Shown here: piece by piece, positions 18,230 through 27,506 of the stretch | Numbering within the stretch: position 1 is the stretch's first letter | Layout: each line of letters starts with the position of its first letter | Assembly (NCBI GenBank): GCA_045543035.1 | Contig: JAZQMA010000055.1 | Span: 3,190-67,189, forward strand | Length of the DNA stretch: 64,000 bases | Direction: 5' to 3' | DNA from: Acutalibacteraceae bacterium | GTDB taxonomy: Bacteria > Bacillota > Clostridia > Oscillospirales > Acutalibacteraceae | Translations under genes and position numbers: made by a program | The notes under the pieces: generated by a model | Seen by the model: the letters and a program-made list of their open reading frames with translations, nothing else | Database searches by the model: none | What the model was told of the DNA's origin: nothing

Positions 18230-18973
18230 ATGCCACAGAGAATGGGAAAATATACAATCGAATTAGAGAACACTCCGTCAATTATAGGCTATGCAGCAGT
18301 GGTTGGAGAAAAAGAGGCGCAGGGACCTCTCGGTCAATGCTTTGATAAAACCTGTAAGGATGCCTTTTTCGGAGAAAAAACCTTTGAAAAAGCAGAAACG
18401 AAAATGCAGAAAATGACAATCGAAACCGCAGTCAAGAAATCAGGTCTTTCCAAAAATGATATTCAGATTGCCTTTGCTGGTGACCTTTTAAACCAATGCA
18501 TCGGTTCATCTTTTGATATGAGGGATTTAGGCTTTTGCTTTGCAGGGCTTTACGGTGCTTGCTCAACTATGGCTCTGTCCCTAGCCCTTGCAGGAATTTT
18601 TGTTGATTGCGGTGCAGCAAAAACTGCCCTTGCCGCCGCATCATCCCATTTCTGCTCAGCAGAAAGGCAATACCGCTTTCCCCTTGAATATGGCGGTCAG
18701 CGTAGCCCCGCAAGTCAATGGACAGTTACAGGCGCAGGTGCAGCAGTAGTTGCCGAAAAGAAAGAAAACGCGCCCACTATTGAGAAGGTTATAATCGGCT
18801 CCGTCAGGGATTTGGGTATAACCGATGTTAATAATATGGGAGCTGCTATGGCTCCTGTTAGTGTTAAACTAAGACCATACAAAACAAAAAGGTATGGTCT
18901 TTCTACACAAACAATTTTAAGAAAGGATAACACACTAAACAACAATGAATGTAACGTTTGCACAATCGCATAA
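18230..18973 (+). pseudogene. spoVAD: spoVAD, 5' part only; homology ends near 18857
   Basis: Residues 1-209 match the SpoVAD thiolase-like fold (FAGDLLNQ, LYGACST, ERQYRFPLEYGGQ, DLGITDVNNMGAAMAP). The tail VSVKLRPYKTKRY... is unrelated and AT-rich, and about 130 expected C-terminal residues are missing. Confidence 0.8.
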
Positions 18974-19071
18974 ATGTTACATTCATTGTTGTTAATATTA
19001 GCTCACAATTATATCAACTAAAAATTTATCAATAATATTAATGAAATACATCGTTTAAGTATACTTGTTAT

Positions 19072-21537
19072 TTAAATACTGTTATTTTCAATATTATTTT
19101 TGGCTTTTTCAAGCACCTGAATTCGATTAAGATGTATAGTTTCCCAAAAATTCTCATCAAAAATTTTATTATTAACAGCTACATTTTCAAAACATTGTCG
19201 TATTTTTAGATATAAATTCTTTGCTTCTCCATAATTACTATTCTGCAATGAATTCAAGCAATCAATTAAATATTCTATTATTTCTCCCAATGTATCACAT
19301 GAATACCAGTATGGATTTACGCGTGGCTGTTGCCTTGCTTCATAAACCTGTTTCATTTCAATAAAAAAATCATAAAACTTATTGGTTTTTTCACTGATCA
19401 TACTTCCTTCATGGTCCGCAAAAGCACCGGAAACTTGTTCGAAAGCCGACATTACAATTAAGATTCGTTGGGCTAGAAAATTCGACTTAGGATCTTTTTT
19501 CATATCTAAAAGATCAAAATATTTAAATTCACTTTCAAATACAGATATATATTCCTTGATGGATAGACTTAGAGTAAACACCATCACCATATCTGCATAA
19601 CACTCAGAAAAGAAAAAAGCAATATCATTAATAATATTTGTTAAAGTTGTTTCACTATTATTCCCGGTAATAAGTTTTGTTTTCTGAAAATTAATAGTTT
19701 CAAAGAGTTGGTGTTTTTGTAAACTTGTTAGTTCTTTGTGTTCTTTTAGATAAGCAGCTATAATTTTACCTAGTATTGAAGGGTCTTCTAACACGGTTTC
19801 TAACGATGCTTTTACATCGACTTTAAGATATCTCAAATATCTAGAGTCGATATCATTAATCCCAAGACCAAAGTATATATGACTGGAAAACTTATCATAT
19901 ACAGTATACTCAGGAATATACAAGTTAATTGCTGTTTCAATAGCCACACAATTAATAAAATATTTTATTCTTTCTTCTCTGCACCTATGCTTATCAGTTA
20001 ACAAATGTGCTACCTCATGAAGAATTGATGTCATTATTAAAAATGGATCACTTATTGAGGTGTAAGGCAACTCAATATATAGAATACTATCACATGGTGG
20101 ATTATCATCAGGAATTATAGGCATTGTTTTTATTCGACGACACAACTTTGGAGTTGTTAAACAAGCAAATCCATCTGTTTCCTCAGGCCGATTCGGAGAA
20201 TATTCTATGTTTTGTAAATATGTAGAGACCAAATTTGAATATGCATTATAATACTCTATCATTCGAACACTAAAGTTATACGTTTTAGGAAGATAGCCTA
20301 TTTTTTCCGTAAAAAATGGTTCTGATTCAACTATTTGTTCATTTAGTTCCTTACATGCTCGCAAATATTGTAAAATTGATTTTTTGAATGCAAATAAATC
20401 TTGATTGTGTTGCTTGCTAATATGCAACCACTTACTTAACACAGAAATACTATCAATCAATAAATAACAAATATCGTCTTGTATATCACTATAGCTCATA
20501 TTTACCATTGCGTTTACCAATTCTAACAACGGCTTTTTCCATCCATAATCATAATCCTGTATATCGTTTGCAAGTCCATCAATAATTTCATTGCATACGT
20601 TAGACAGTTCCTTAGACTTTGGCATTGTTTTATTAGTAACAATATACTCTTCTGCGATTATTATCACAAAATTTTCAAATGTTAAATATATATCATCACT
20701 TGGATTATAATATTTTTTTAAAAACTGCAATAAATTTTTTGTAGTAACATTTTTAAGACTAATTAAGAAATGCCTATTGCTAGAATTGTAAAACATTTTT
20801 GCGGTTGGAAAAATGTTTTGCAAAGTTTTATAAACCTTTTTGTTATAAAGTTTTTTTGTTGGTATGCCCATTATATTTACTGTGGAAATTAACTCTCCAT
20901 TTGATGATACTTCGAGTAAACTTTCATTCTCAATATATTCTTTAGAATTATATATTGTCAATATATGGTTAACCCAACTCGCATTTTGCAAATAATTACT
21001 TAAAAATGTTAGTGTTTTTATTTCAGATGTTTTTACTAATAAAACAAAATCACATAGATCTACTGAATAATAAATTAGATATTTAATGCTAAGTAATTTT
21101 TGTTTTCTTAAGATTTCTCTAATTTTTTTGTTAATGGAACCCACGGTATGAAATTTTATCTCTGTATTTGTAAAAAGCAAAAAAACGCCCAAAAAAAGAG
21201 AATCATCGTTCCAAAAATTCTTTAATAAAATATCATCTTTGGTTGTTTTGTTCTCTCTAACAATATACATTGAATTATAAGAAAAATCACCATTTAATGT
21301 TTCTGATAATTTTTTGCTGTCTATTTCTATTATGGAAGGAACGGAAAATCCATCAGTACTCCTAACTTTATATGGCAAAGTGAAATCATAATGCTCAAAA
21401 GAAATATACGGCAGCAAGGGGTCGTCCGAAACATGTTTTATGTCATCTATAACACTTAATGGTTTTTTTACATTCTGGGTTGTTTTGCAAAACAAAATAT
21501 TTCTAATATCAAACATCGTTACTATCATCCTCTTCAC
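19072..21537 (-). CDS. Large hypothetical protein with HExxH metallopeptidase-like motif
   Basis: 821 aa. It has SILHEVAHLL, and further downstream FFSECYADMV (IrrE/SprT-like spacing). No P-loop was seen. Its start overlaps the upstream gene by 29 nt. Confidence 0.7.
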   Translation of the reverse strand: MKRMIVTMFDIRNILFCKTTQNVKKPLSVIDDIKHVSDDPLLPYISFEHYDFTLPYKVRSTDGFSVPSIIEIDSKKLSETLNGDFSYNSMYIVRENKTTKDDILLKNFWNDDSLFLGVFLLFTNTEIKFHTVGSINKKIREILRKQKLLSIKYLIYYSVDLCDFVLLVKTSEIKTLTFLSNYLQNASWVNHILTIYNSKEYIENESLLEVSSNGELISTVNIMGIPTKKLYNKKVYKTLQNIFPTAKMFYNSSNRHFLISLKNVTTKNLLQFLKKYYNPSDDIYLTFENFVIIIAEEYIVTNKTMPKSKELSNVCNEIIDGLANDIQDYDYGWKKPLLELVNAMVNMSYSDIQDDICYLLIDSISVLSKWLHISKQHNQDLFAFKKSILQYLRACKELNEQIVESEPFFTEKIGYLPKTYNFSVRMIEYYNAYSNLVSTYLQNIEYSPNRPEETDGFACLTTPKLCRRIKTMPIIPDDNPPCDSILYIELPYTSISDPFLIMTSILHEVAHLLTDKHRCREERIKYFINCVAIETAINLYIPEYTVYDKFSSHIYFGLGINDIDSRYLRYLKVDVKASLETVLEDPSILGKIIAAYLKEHKELTSLQKHQLFETINFQKTKLITGNNSETTLTNIINDIAFFFSECYADMVMVFTLSLSIKEYISVFESEFKYFDLLDMKKDPKSNFLAQRILIVMSAFEQVSGAFADHEGSMISEKTNKFYDFFIEMKQVYEARQQPRVNPYWYSCDTLGEIIEYLIDCLNSLQNSNYGEAKNLYLKIRQCFENVAVNNKIFDENFWETIHLNRIQVLEKAKNNIENNSI

Positions 21538-22918
21538 TTATACAATAGTATTTTAATGTATCATTAATAATTGTATTATCAAAAACTTTAAAGTTATAGT
21601 TTATTATATTATTGCAATAGGTTTCCAAAACTAAGTACACTTCTTCCTCCACCTCATACAGTTTAATCATAGTCTTCTTTATTTCATCTGTAAAGTCCTT
21701 GATTGTTGATTCGTTTTCAGATTTATATTCTGATACAAAAGATAGCAATAATATTGAAATATAGCTAATCTCGTATTCTTTTTCTTTTTCTTCTTCTTTA
21801 GTGAAAGGTCTACTACTCCGACAAACACATATATGCTTTATTTTTATTGCAAAAGCATAAAACAAAGACATGATCTCTTTGGTATAACTTGATGTAGATT
21901 CCGAATTTGAAGAAGAATACTGTATTTTTTCTATTACTGATTTTGCTGTCCAACAGTCCGTTCTTTGTGATAAAAAAACTACTAAGGCAACTAAAATATT
22001 CTTCTTCAAAGTGTCTTTGTCTTTTAAATTTTCGGTGCTCTCTTGTTTTTCTGTTTCAACAAACAACTCCTCAATTAAGTTTACCACACTTTGAACAAAA
22101 AAACCTCTATTTTTTTCTATATATTCTTTATTCGTATTAAACGAGTTGTTAAATACTTCTAACAAAAAATGAATAGGATTGAAATCCGAATTATTATTAA
22201 AAGCAATTACTGTTTTTATTACCGAATAACTTAATGGGGTCCAGTTGTCGCTTTCGCCTGACGACAAACTATTAAACAAATAATAACCTAAGTTATATAT
22301 AATGGTATAATGTAGTTCTTTTTGTAAAACGGTTTTTGGGTAACCACTCTTTCTATGACTTAATTTTATATCGATGTATTGTTTTACTTGTTTTTTTACA
22401 TTTGCAATGTTCGAAAAGAAACAAAACAGTATATAAGTATGTAACAAGATGCCAGATAATAATATCACTATTTGACAAATTGCTAAAAACAATTTATTAG
22501 CACTTTGTGCATAAACCAAAACAAAACAAGATATTAAACATAAAACAAATAACATTTTGTGTTTTCTTCCAAATTTTGCTTCTATTATGTATTCAGTTAA
22601 AATATTAAACGATCTTTTTCCAAAAAACAAAGAAAAACTTGATAAAATGATATTCATGTACGAAATCGCCGATAGTTTTTCTAGAAACTTGGTAGCTTCA
22701 AACCCATGAGCATCTAAATTTGTTAGTATTTCGCCATATAATGCACTTGCTTTTTCAATCACATTAACATTCAAATCAAATAAGTCATATACTAGATACA
22801 TCAAACTAATAATGAAGAAAGTAATAGCAGGGATAATTATAATGCGTCTAAGATGATATTTAACTAGTTCCATAACATTAAATAATACTTTTTTTATTTT
22901 TTTCAACATACATCCCAT
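21509..22918 (-). CDS. Hypothetical membrane protein (about 4 N-terminal TM helices plus a cytoplasmic domain)
   Basis: 469 aa with hydrophobic segments in the first ~170 residues. It overlaps, and is probably co-translated with, the 821-aa gene. Confidence 0.65.
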   Translation of the reverse strand: MGCMLKKIKKVLFNVMELVKYHLRRIIIIPAITFFIISLMYLVYDLFDLNVNVIEKASALYGEILTNLDAHGFEATKFLEKLSAISYMNIILSSFSLFFGKRSFNILTEYIIEAKFGRKHKMLFVLCLISCFVLVYAQSANKLFLAICQIVILLSGILLHTYILFCFFSNIANVKKQVKQYIDIKLSHRKSGYPKTVLQKELHYTIIYNLGYYLFNSLSSGESDNWTPLSYSVIKTVIAFNNNSDFNPIHFLLEVFNNSFNTNKEYIEKNRGFFVQSVVNLIEELFVETEKQESTENLKDKDTLKKNILVALVVFLSQRTDCWTAKSVIEKIQYSSSNSESTSSYTKEIMSLFYAFAIKIKHICVCRSSRPFTKEEEKEKEYEISYISILLLSFVSEYKSENESTIKDFTDEIKKTMIKLYEVEEEVYLVLETYCNNIINYNFKVFDNTIINDTLKYYCISEEDDSNDV

Positions 22919-23636
22919 CCTAAAACAAAACGGATTTCCAACAATCTTTATTTGCTGAAAATCCGAATATGATAAAATATACTAAACTCTATTTTGTCTT
23001 TTATACTCTTGATAAGACAAAGCTCTATGATTCCTAGGACCAATATTTTGCGGAACAATTGCTTTTTCATTATCCTTTATTGCATCAGAATCGTGAACAC
23101 AGGAGCTTGGAATAGAAAGATCTGAACAAAAATTTGCACTACAATTTTTCCTGTTTCTGCTTGCTAAATAACGATTGTTAGCATTAGACAATCTACTCAT
23201 CAACCCACCTCATGTCAAGACATAATAACACCTTGTATATTATATTCAGTTTCCGCAAAAATGTCAAGAGAAAAAACAAAATTAACAAAATATTCATATT
23301 CTTCGTTTTTTCATCTTTTTTAGAAATTGTGTCAAATCTAGTGTTTTCAGCAATAATACTATTTTCAACACAACATTTATTATTAAAAATTTTGTAATTA
23401 ACAATAGTTTTACTATTATTTAATTCTTTGAACACTTATAAAATTGTTAATTCACACCTATTTTTATTTCAACTTTAGCTTTATTAGTGGATTACATACA
23501 ACTTCTTATGCTTTAGATGTGATATAGGATTTCTAAATAATATTTATTGCTTCATATTTTAAATTATCCTTATTATATGCATATTAAGAAACTAACATAA
23601 ATAAAAACTCTATTTTATTAAAAAGTTTTAATGTAT

Positions 23637-23932
23637 CTCCATATATATATGACTAAAAATTCAAAATACTTCACAAAAATTTTCAAAAATATTTAAAATC
23701 GTGAAAATCGACAAAAAACGACACCGCTTTTCGTGCAACTACAACAACACGGTGTTATATATATATCCTTATGAAAGGAGTTGGGGATAAATATGAATCT
23801 CCCGTAAAACCAAACAATAATAAATAGAGGTTGATTTTAATGAATACAAGTAAAAAGCAATCGGCATGTCCCATCATGACGAAAGAGAACTAAACGCTAT
23901 TAAAGGAGTTACCAAATACATTAGTAAAAAGG
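23637..23932. repeat. Degenerate copy of the ICE left-end control region (direct repeat of 30909-31216)
   Basis: CTCCATATATATATGAC...CGTGAAAATC...GAAAGGAGTTGG.GATAAATATGAAT...TTGATTTTAATGAATACA... aligns along its length with the copy at 30909. A ~10-nt deletion frameshifts the first ORF (MNTSKKQSACPIMTKEN*). Confidence 0.85.
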
Positions 23933-24046
23933 TTTATCAAAAATGCAATAATTAATTGTGAAGTTAAATTTTTTAAACACATCTGCTAACTCGGGAGAGC
24001 GAATTAACATATAAACACCCCCAAGCTACAAAACACAATAATATAC

Positions 24047-24120
24047 GGGGCATTAGCTCAGATGGGATGAGCGCTTGACTGGCAGTCAAGAGGTCAGGAG
24101 TTCGATCCCCCTATGCTCCA
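24047..24120 (+). tRNA. tRNA-Ala (anticodon GGC)
   Basis: Hand-folded cloverleaf. The acceptor stem GGGGCAT/ATGCTCC carries the G3:U70 Ala identity pair, the anticodon loop is CTGGCAG and the T-loop is TTCGATC. There is one A-C mismatch in the T stem, and CCA is not fully encoded. Confidence 0.8.
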
Positions 24121-24128
24121 CCGAGGTC

Positions 24129-24175
24129 AAAATATCCGAATTTTGTCATCAGTGGTGACATATTCGGATATTTAA
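24129..24175 (+). terminator. Long hairpin after the tRNA
   Basis: AAATATCCGAAT...TGTCA-TCAGTGG-TGACA...ATTCGGATATTT inverted repeat. Confidence 0.6.
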
Positions 24176-24550
24176 ATTTTATCAGTTGCTTCACTAATTA
24201 GGCTAGTTGTCATCTATACTAATTACTGTAATATTAAAAACACAAAAAAATTGAAACATACAAAATGGTGGAAATTCAGGTTATTACCAAACCCAAGCAT
24301 CTTAGGAATGGTTCGGTTTTTAAAAATACAATAGGTTGTATATACTCCTATTAATTTATTTGAAAGTACTGTAGGCTATAAGATGTTTTTTATGTTGAAA
24401 CGGAGAATATTAAAATTCAGTTACAGGATGTGTCAATTTTAATTAAATGGTTATTATAAATTAATTAAGCATGTTTTTTTTACAAAGTTTGACATTAAAT
24501 ATTTTTTATGGTACATTGTATTAGGCATATATACGTGGGAGAGAAATTTT

Positions 24551-25555
24551 ATGAATAAAGAATCCAGGATAGACAAAATAATGAATACAACATTTTTTAA
24601 AATATTTTGCATTTTAGATAGTTTAATTGGCATTATTTCCGCTTTTTTTACTGAAAACAGTCTAGTGGGGAAAGTTGTGTTTTCCCTTGCAGTGTTCATA
24701 ATGTTTGTTGTTGGGTGTTTTTTAGCATTTCGCTATAAAAAATTTATAGATGTTGATAAAAAAAATATAGAGTTATCTACGGAAATAAGTAGTAAAAATG
24801 CAAAAATAGATTTGTTAGAACAAAATATACACAATGGTGTAAAATACACAAACAATGAGGTTGTTGTCACTTTAGATAAAAGCAAAAAGTTATATCGCTT
24901 TGAATTTATAAAAGAATTCGAGATAATTTCCGAAAATGCACCTAAATGGTATTCTGCACAGTTTTATGCAAATAAAATATTGAAAGATAAAAAAGAGTCG
25001 AAAAAATACTATAGGGATAATGTTATTAAATGGGATGACTTAAAAGTACGAGCTACTGTTTCATATTTATACCCCGGTTCTCCGAAGTTTACTGATCCGA
25101 CAAATTTGGTAATTGATAATATTACTGATGAAAATAATTACATTCCCTTTAATATTCAATACATAACTTTTCGTAACAAAAGAAATTTAGATATAAAGAA
25201 AGGTACTAAAGTAAAATTAAAGTACTGTTATAACGTTCCTGTGCATCTATGGGGTAGTTACTTGAATAGAACTATTAGTTATTTCGGGGAACCTACTATT
25301 GTAAAATTAAAGTACGACCTGGATACAGAGCTTGATATTAAAGTTTCCTCGTTAAGTGGTGTCGGTGGAGAGCCTCTTGTTACTGAAGATTACAGCACAA
25401 ATGTTGATGAAGAAAACCAATATGTAGTTTACACTATAACATTAAAATCACAGCCTTTTGCCAAATATAGAATATGGTGGGATTCTGAAAAATATTTTGA
25501 GAATGACAAAACAACGGAAGATACCGCTGATCATTCGCAACTAACAACTTATTAG
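24551..25555 (+). CDS. Hypothetical 2-TM protein with coiled-coil and beta-rich C-terminal domain
   Basis: 334 aa with two hydrophobic helices in residues ~15-60. The stop lies 14 nt before the start of the radical SAM gene. Confidence 0.65.
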   Translation: MNKESRIDKIMNTTFFKIFCILDSLIGIISAFFTENSLVGKVVFSLAVFIMFVVGCFLAFRYKKFIDVDKKNIELSTEISSKNAKIDLLEQNIHNGVKYTNNEVVVTLDKSKKLYRFEFIKEFEIISENAPKWYSAQFYANKILKDKKESKKYYRDNVIKWDDLKVRATVSYLYPGSPKFTDPTNLVIDNITDENNYIPFNIQYITFRNKRNLDIKKGTKVKLKYCYNVPVHLWGSYLNRTISYFGEPTIVKLKYDLDTELDIKVSSLSGVGGEPLVTEDYSTNVDEENQYVVYTITLKSQPFAKYRIWWDSEKYFENDKTTEDTADHSQLTTY

Positions 25556-25569
25556 GAGAATTTCACGAA

Positions 25570-26388
25570 ATGAAATATAGTGAAAACAGCAGGGCTTTCG
25601 CCTCTTTTTCAGGAAAATGTCCATATGAATGTTCGCACTGTTATACGTTTTCTAAAGAATTTGTTAGCAAAGGTAAAGCCGATGTTAATAGTATCATTAA
25701 CGAACTCAATTCTAAAAAGAATTTTAACATTGTTTACATTTCTGGTTACAAAGAGAATTTTGTCGATCCCGCAAAAGGAATGTCTTTATTGGAATCTGTT
25801 TATGACAATTTCTGTTGTGATATACTAATTACCACTAGAGCTGTATTTGATGTAAATAATACAAATAGGTTATTTGCGTTAAACGCTCGAATGCAAAGTA
25901 ATGGTAATCACTTGTATTTTTGTGTCTCAATACCAGCATATGAATCATATCGGCTGTTGGAACCCAACCCAATAATCCCTTCCCCTTCCCAACGATTACA
26001 ATTTTTAAAAAATATATATTTGGGTGGAATCAATGCAATACTTACTATTAGGCCTTTGTGCCCAAATACTTTTGTACCAATTTCAGAAAGTATTAGACTA
26101 ATAAATGAGATTGATGGATATTGTTCAGCCGTTATCTCAAGTGGTATTGTTGTTGATAATTTTATATTGACCAAATTAAATGAGTTTCCTGATGTCTTTG
26201 ATTATGAAGAAAAGAAACTGATGAATTGCTTAGAAAATGATATTAATGTAAAATATGTTAATGTCAAAAAAGAGTTAGAACAAGTTGAGAACACTTGTAA
26301 AAAATCTGGCATTCCGTTCTTTCAAAATAGTTTACCAGCAATTAATTACATATTTAGTCTAAAGCACATCGAAAATAAGGATACCTAG
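25570..26388 (+). CDS. Radical SAM protein, SplB/COG1533 (DNA-photolyase-like) type
   Basis: CPYECSHCY is a CX3CX2C motif near the N-terminus. ITTRA and SIPAYESYRLLEPNPIIPSPSQRLQFLKN...ILTIRPLCPN resemble the spore-photoproduct-lyase-like family pattern. Confidence 0.7.
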   Translation: MKYSENSRAFASFSGKCPYECSHCYTFSKEFVSKGKADVNSIINELNSKKNFNIVYISGYKENFVDPAKGMSLLESVYDNFCCDILITTRAVFDVNNTNRLFALNARMQSNGNHLYFCVSIPAYESYRLLEPNPIIPSPSQRLQFLKNIYLGGINAILTIRPLCPNTFVPISESIRLINEIDGYCSAVISSGIVVDNFILTKLNEFPDVFDYEEKKLMNCLENDINVKYVNVKKELEQVENTCKKSGIPFFQNSLPAINYIFSLKHIENKDT

Positions 26389-26892
26389 AAAGGCGATTTA
26401 GTTTTTCTAGGTATTCTTATTTTCAAGCAGCAGATAAGCACTCCAGTTTCACCTCACAGGAAAAGGAATAATTTGAAAATGATGCAGCAAAGAAAAAACA
26501 CTACAAAATAAGATTATACAAATACAAAAAAGCAGCTTTGTAATTGCATTACCAGAACACAAGAATGATATAAATTTCTCTATGCCATTGTCATAAAAGC
26601 CTTACTTCGACTTGTTTTGCATGGCGTTATTGTTACAATACAGCGGGATTGTGTCGATAAGAGATGAGTTGATATCGGCATAATGTTGGAAAAGGAACCA
26701 AAAAACATGAAAGATTGTGTAAAAATGAAGAAAAAAACGCCTAAATTGTTGAAAATTGGAAATTCGTGTGTTATTATACTCTTGAAAGAAAGTACAGAAA
26801 AACTACAGAAAATAAGACAAGTTATTATGGATGAAAGTGCTTTGGATAAAAAAGGTGTGGACAAGCCCACAGGGGCAAAAGGGGAAATAAAA

Positions 26893-27492
26893 ATGGCAAA
26901 TATAACAGAAAAATCCCAACAAAATAATTTGTATTTGTTTACTAATCTTGATGGAAAAACATCAGATGACTTAGTTACAAAATTCGAATTAGATAAAATG
27001 ATCCCAGTTAAATTGGATAAAGTATTTGACTATTGCAGCATTGAGGTTTTACCTACCGATTTTAAAACTTATGAAGAGATTCCTGAAATATCTGAAATCG
27101 TTGATAAAAAAGGACTTATTTTGGGTGCTGTTGCAATAAAAAATAAGCAAATTAACATTTTATATAAAAAAGATGACACTCCACATCGTCAAAAATTTAC
27201 TGTTGCTCACGAACTTGCTCATTGTTGTTTGAATGCTGAGAAAATTGCAGTCGATGGACACGTAGCGTTTAGATTAGATGTGGATATTAAAAATGCTGCA
27301 GAAGACGAATATGAAGCTAATGTTTTTGCTGGCGAACTTCTTATACCTAAAAAAACACTTGATTCGCTATATAAAGTTATAAAAAAGCCAAAACTTGAAA
27401 TACTTTCTAAAATATTTGATGTTTCTGAAAATGTAATGAGAGCAAGATTAAAATATTTAAAATTGCCTTTTGAAGACTCAGTAAATGTTTAA
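26893..27492 (+). CDS. ImmA/IrrE-family (COG2856) metallopeptidase
   Basis: FTVAHELAHCCL ... EYEANVFAGELLIP. Start taken at MANITEK, which has a Shine-Dalgarno. The in-frame upstream extension to 26683 contains an AbrB-like KIGNSCVIILLKE segment, so the true start is uncertain. Confidence 0.7.
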   Translation: MANITEKSQQNNLYLFTNLDGKTSDDLVTKFELDKMIPVKLDKVFDYCSIEVLPTDFKTYEEIPEISEIVDKKGLILGAVAIKNKQINILYKKDDTPHRQKFTVAHELAHCCLNAEKIAVDGHVAFRLDVDIKNAAEDEYEANVFAGELLIPKKTLDSLYKVIKKPKLEILSKIFDVSENVMRARLKYLKLPFEDSVNV

Positions 27493-27506
27493 TTTTTAAT
27501 GCGGAA

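Noticed and set aside
22982-23435. Two small minus-strand ORFs (73 aa and 80 aa) as genes or as recombinase remnants
   Set aside because: They have no recognisable motifs, poor start contexts and low-complexity AT-rich sequence. The evidence is insufficient to call them.
24047-24120. tRNA-Ala as the integration site (attB) of the whole element
   Set aside because: The sharp homology and composition break is inside spoVAD at ~18857, not at the tRNA. I found no direct repeat of the tRNA 3' end within the window. The idea is kept only as a possible relic of an older event.
25570-26388. Prokaryotic viperin (pVip)
   Set aside because: It has a CX3CX2C motif, but the downstream motifs resemble the SplB/COG1533 family. 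The viperin-like GGEP and C-terminal nucleotide-binding motifs were not seen.
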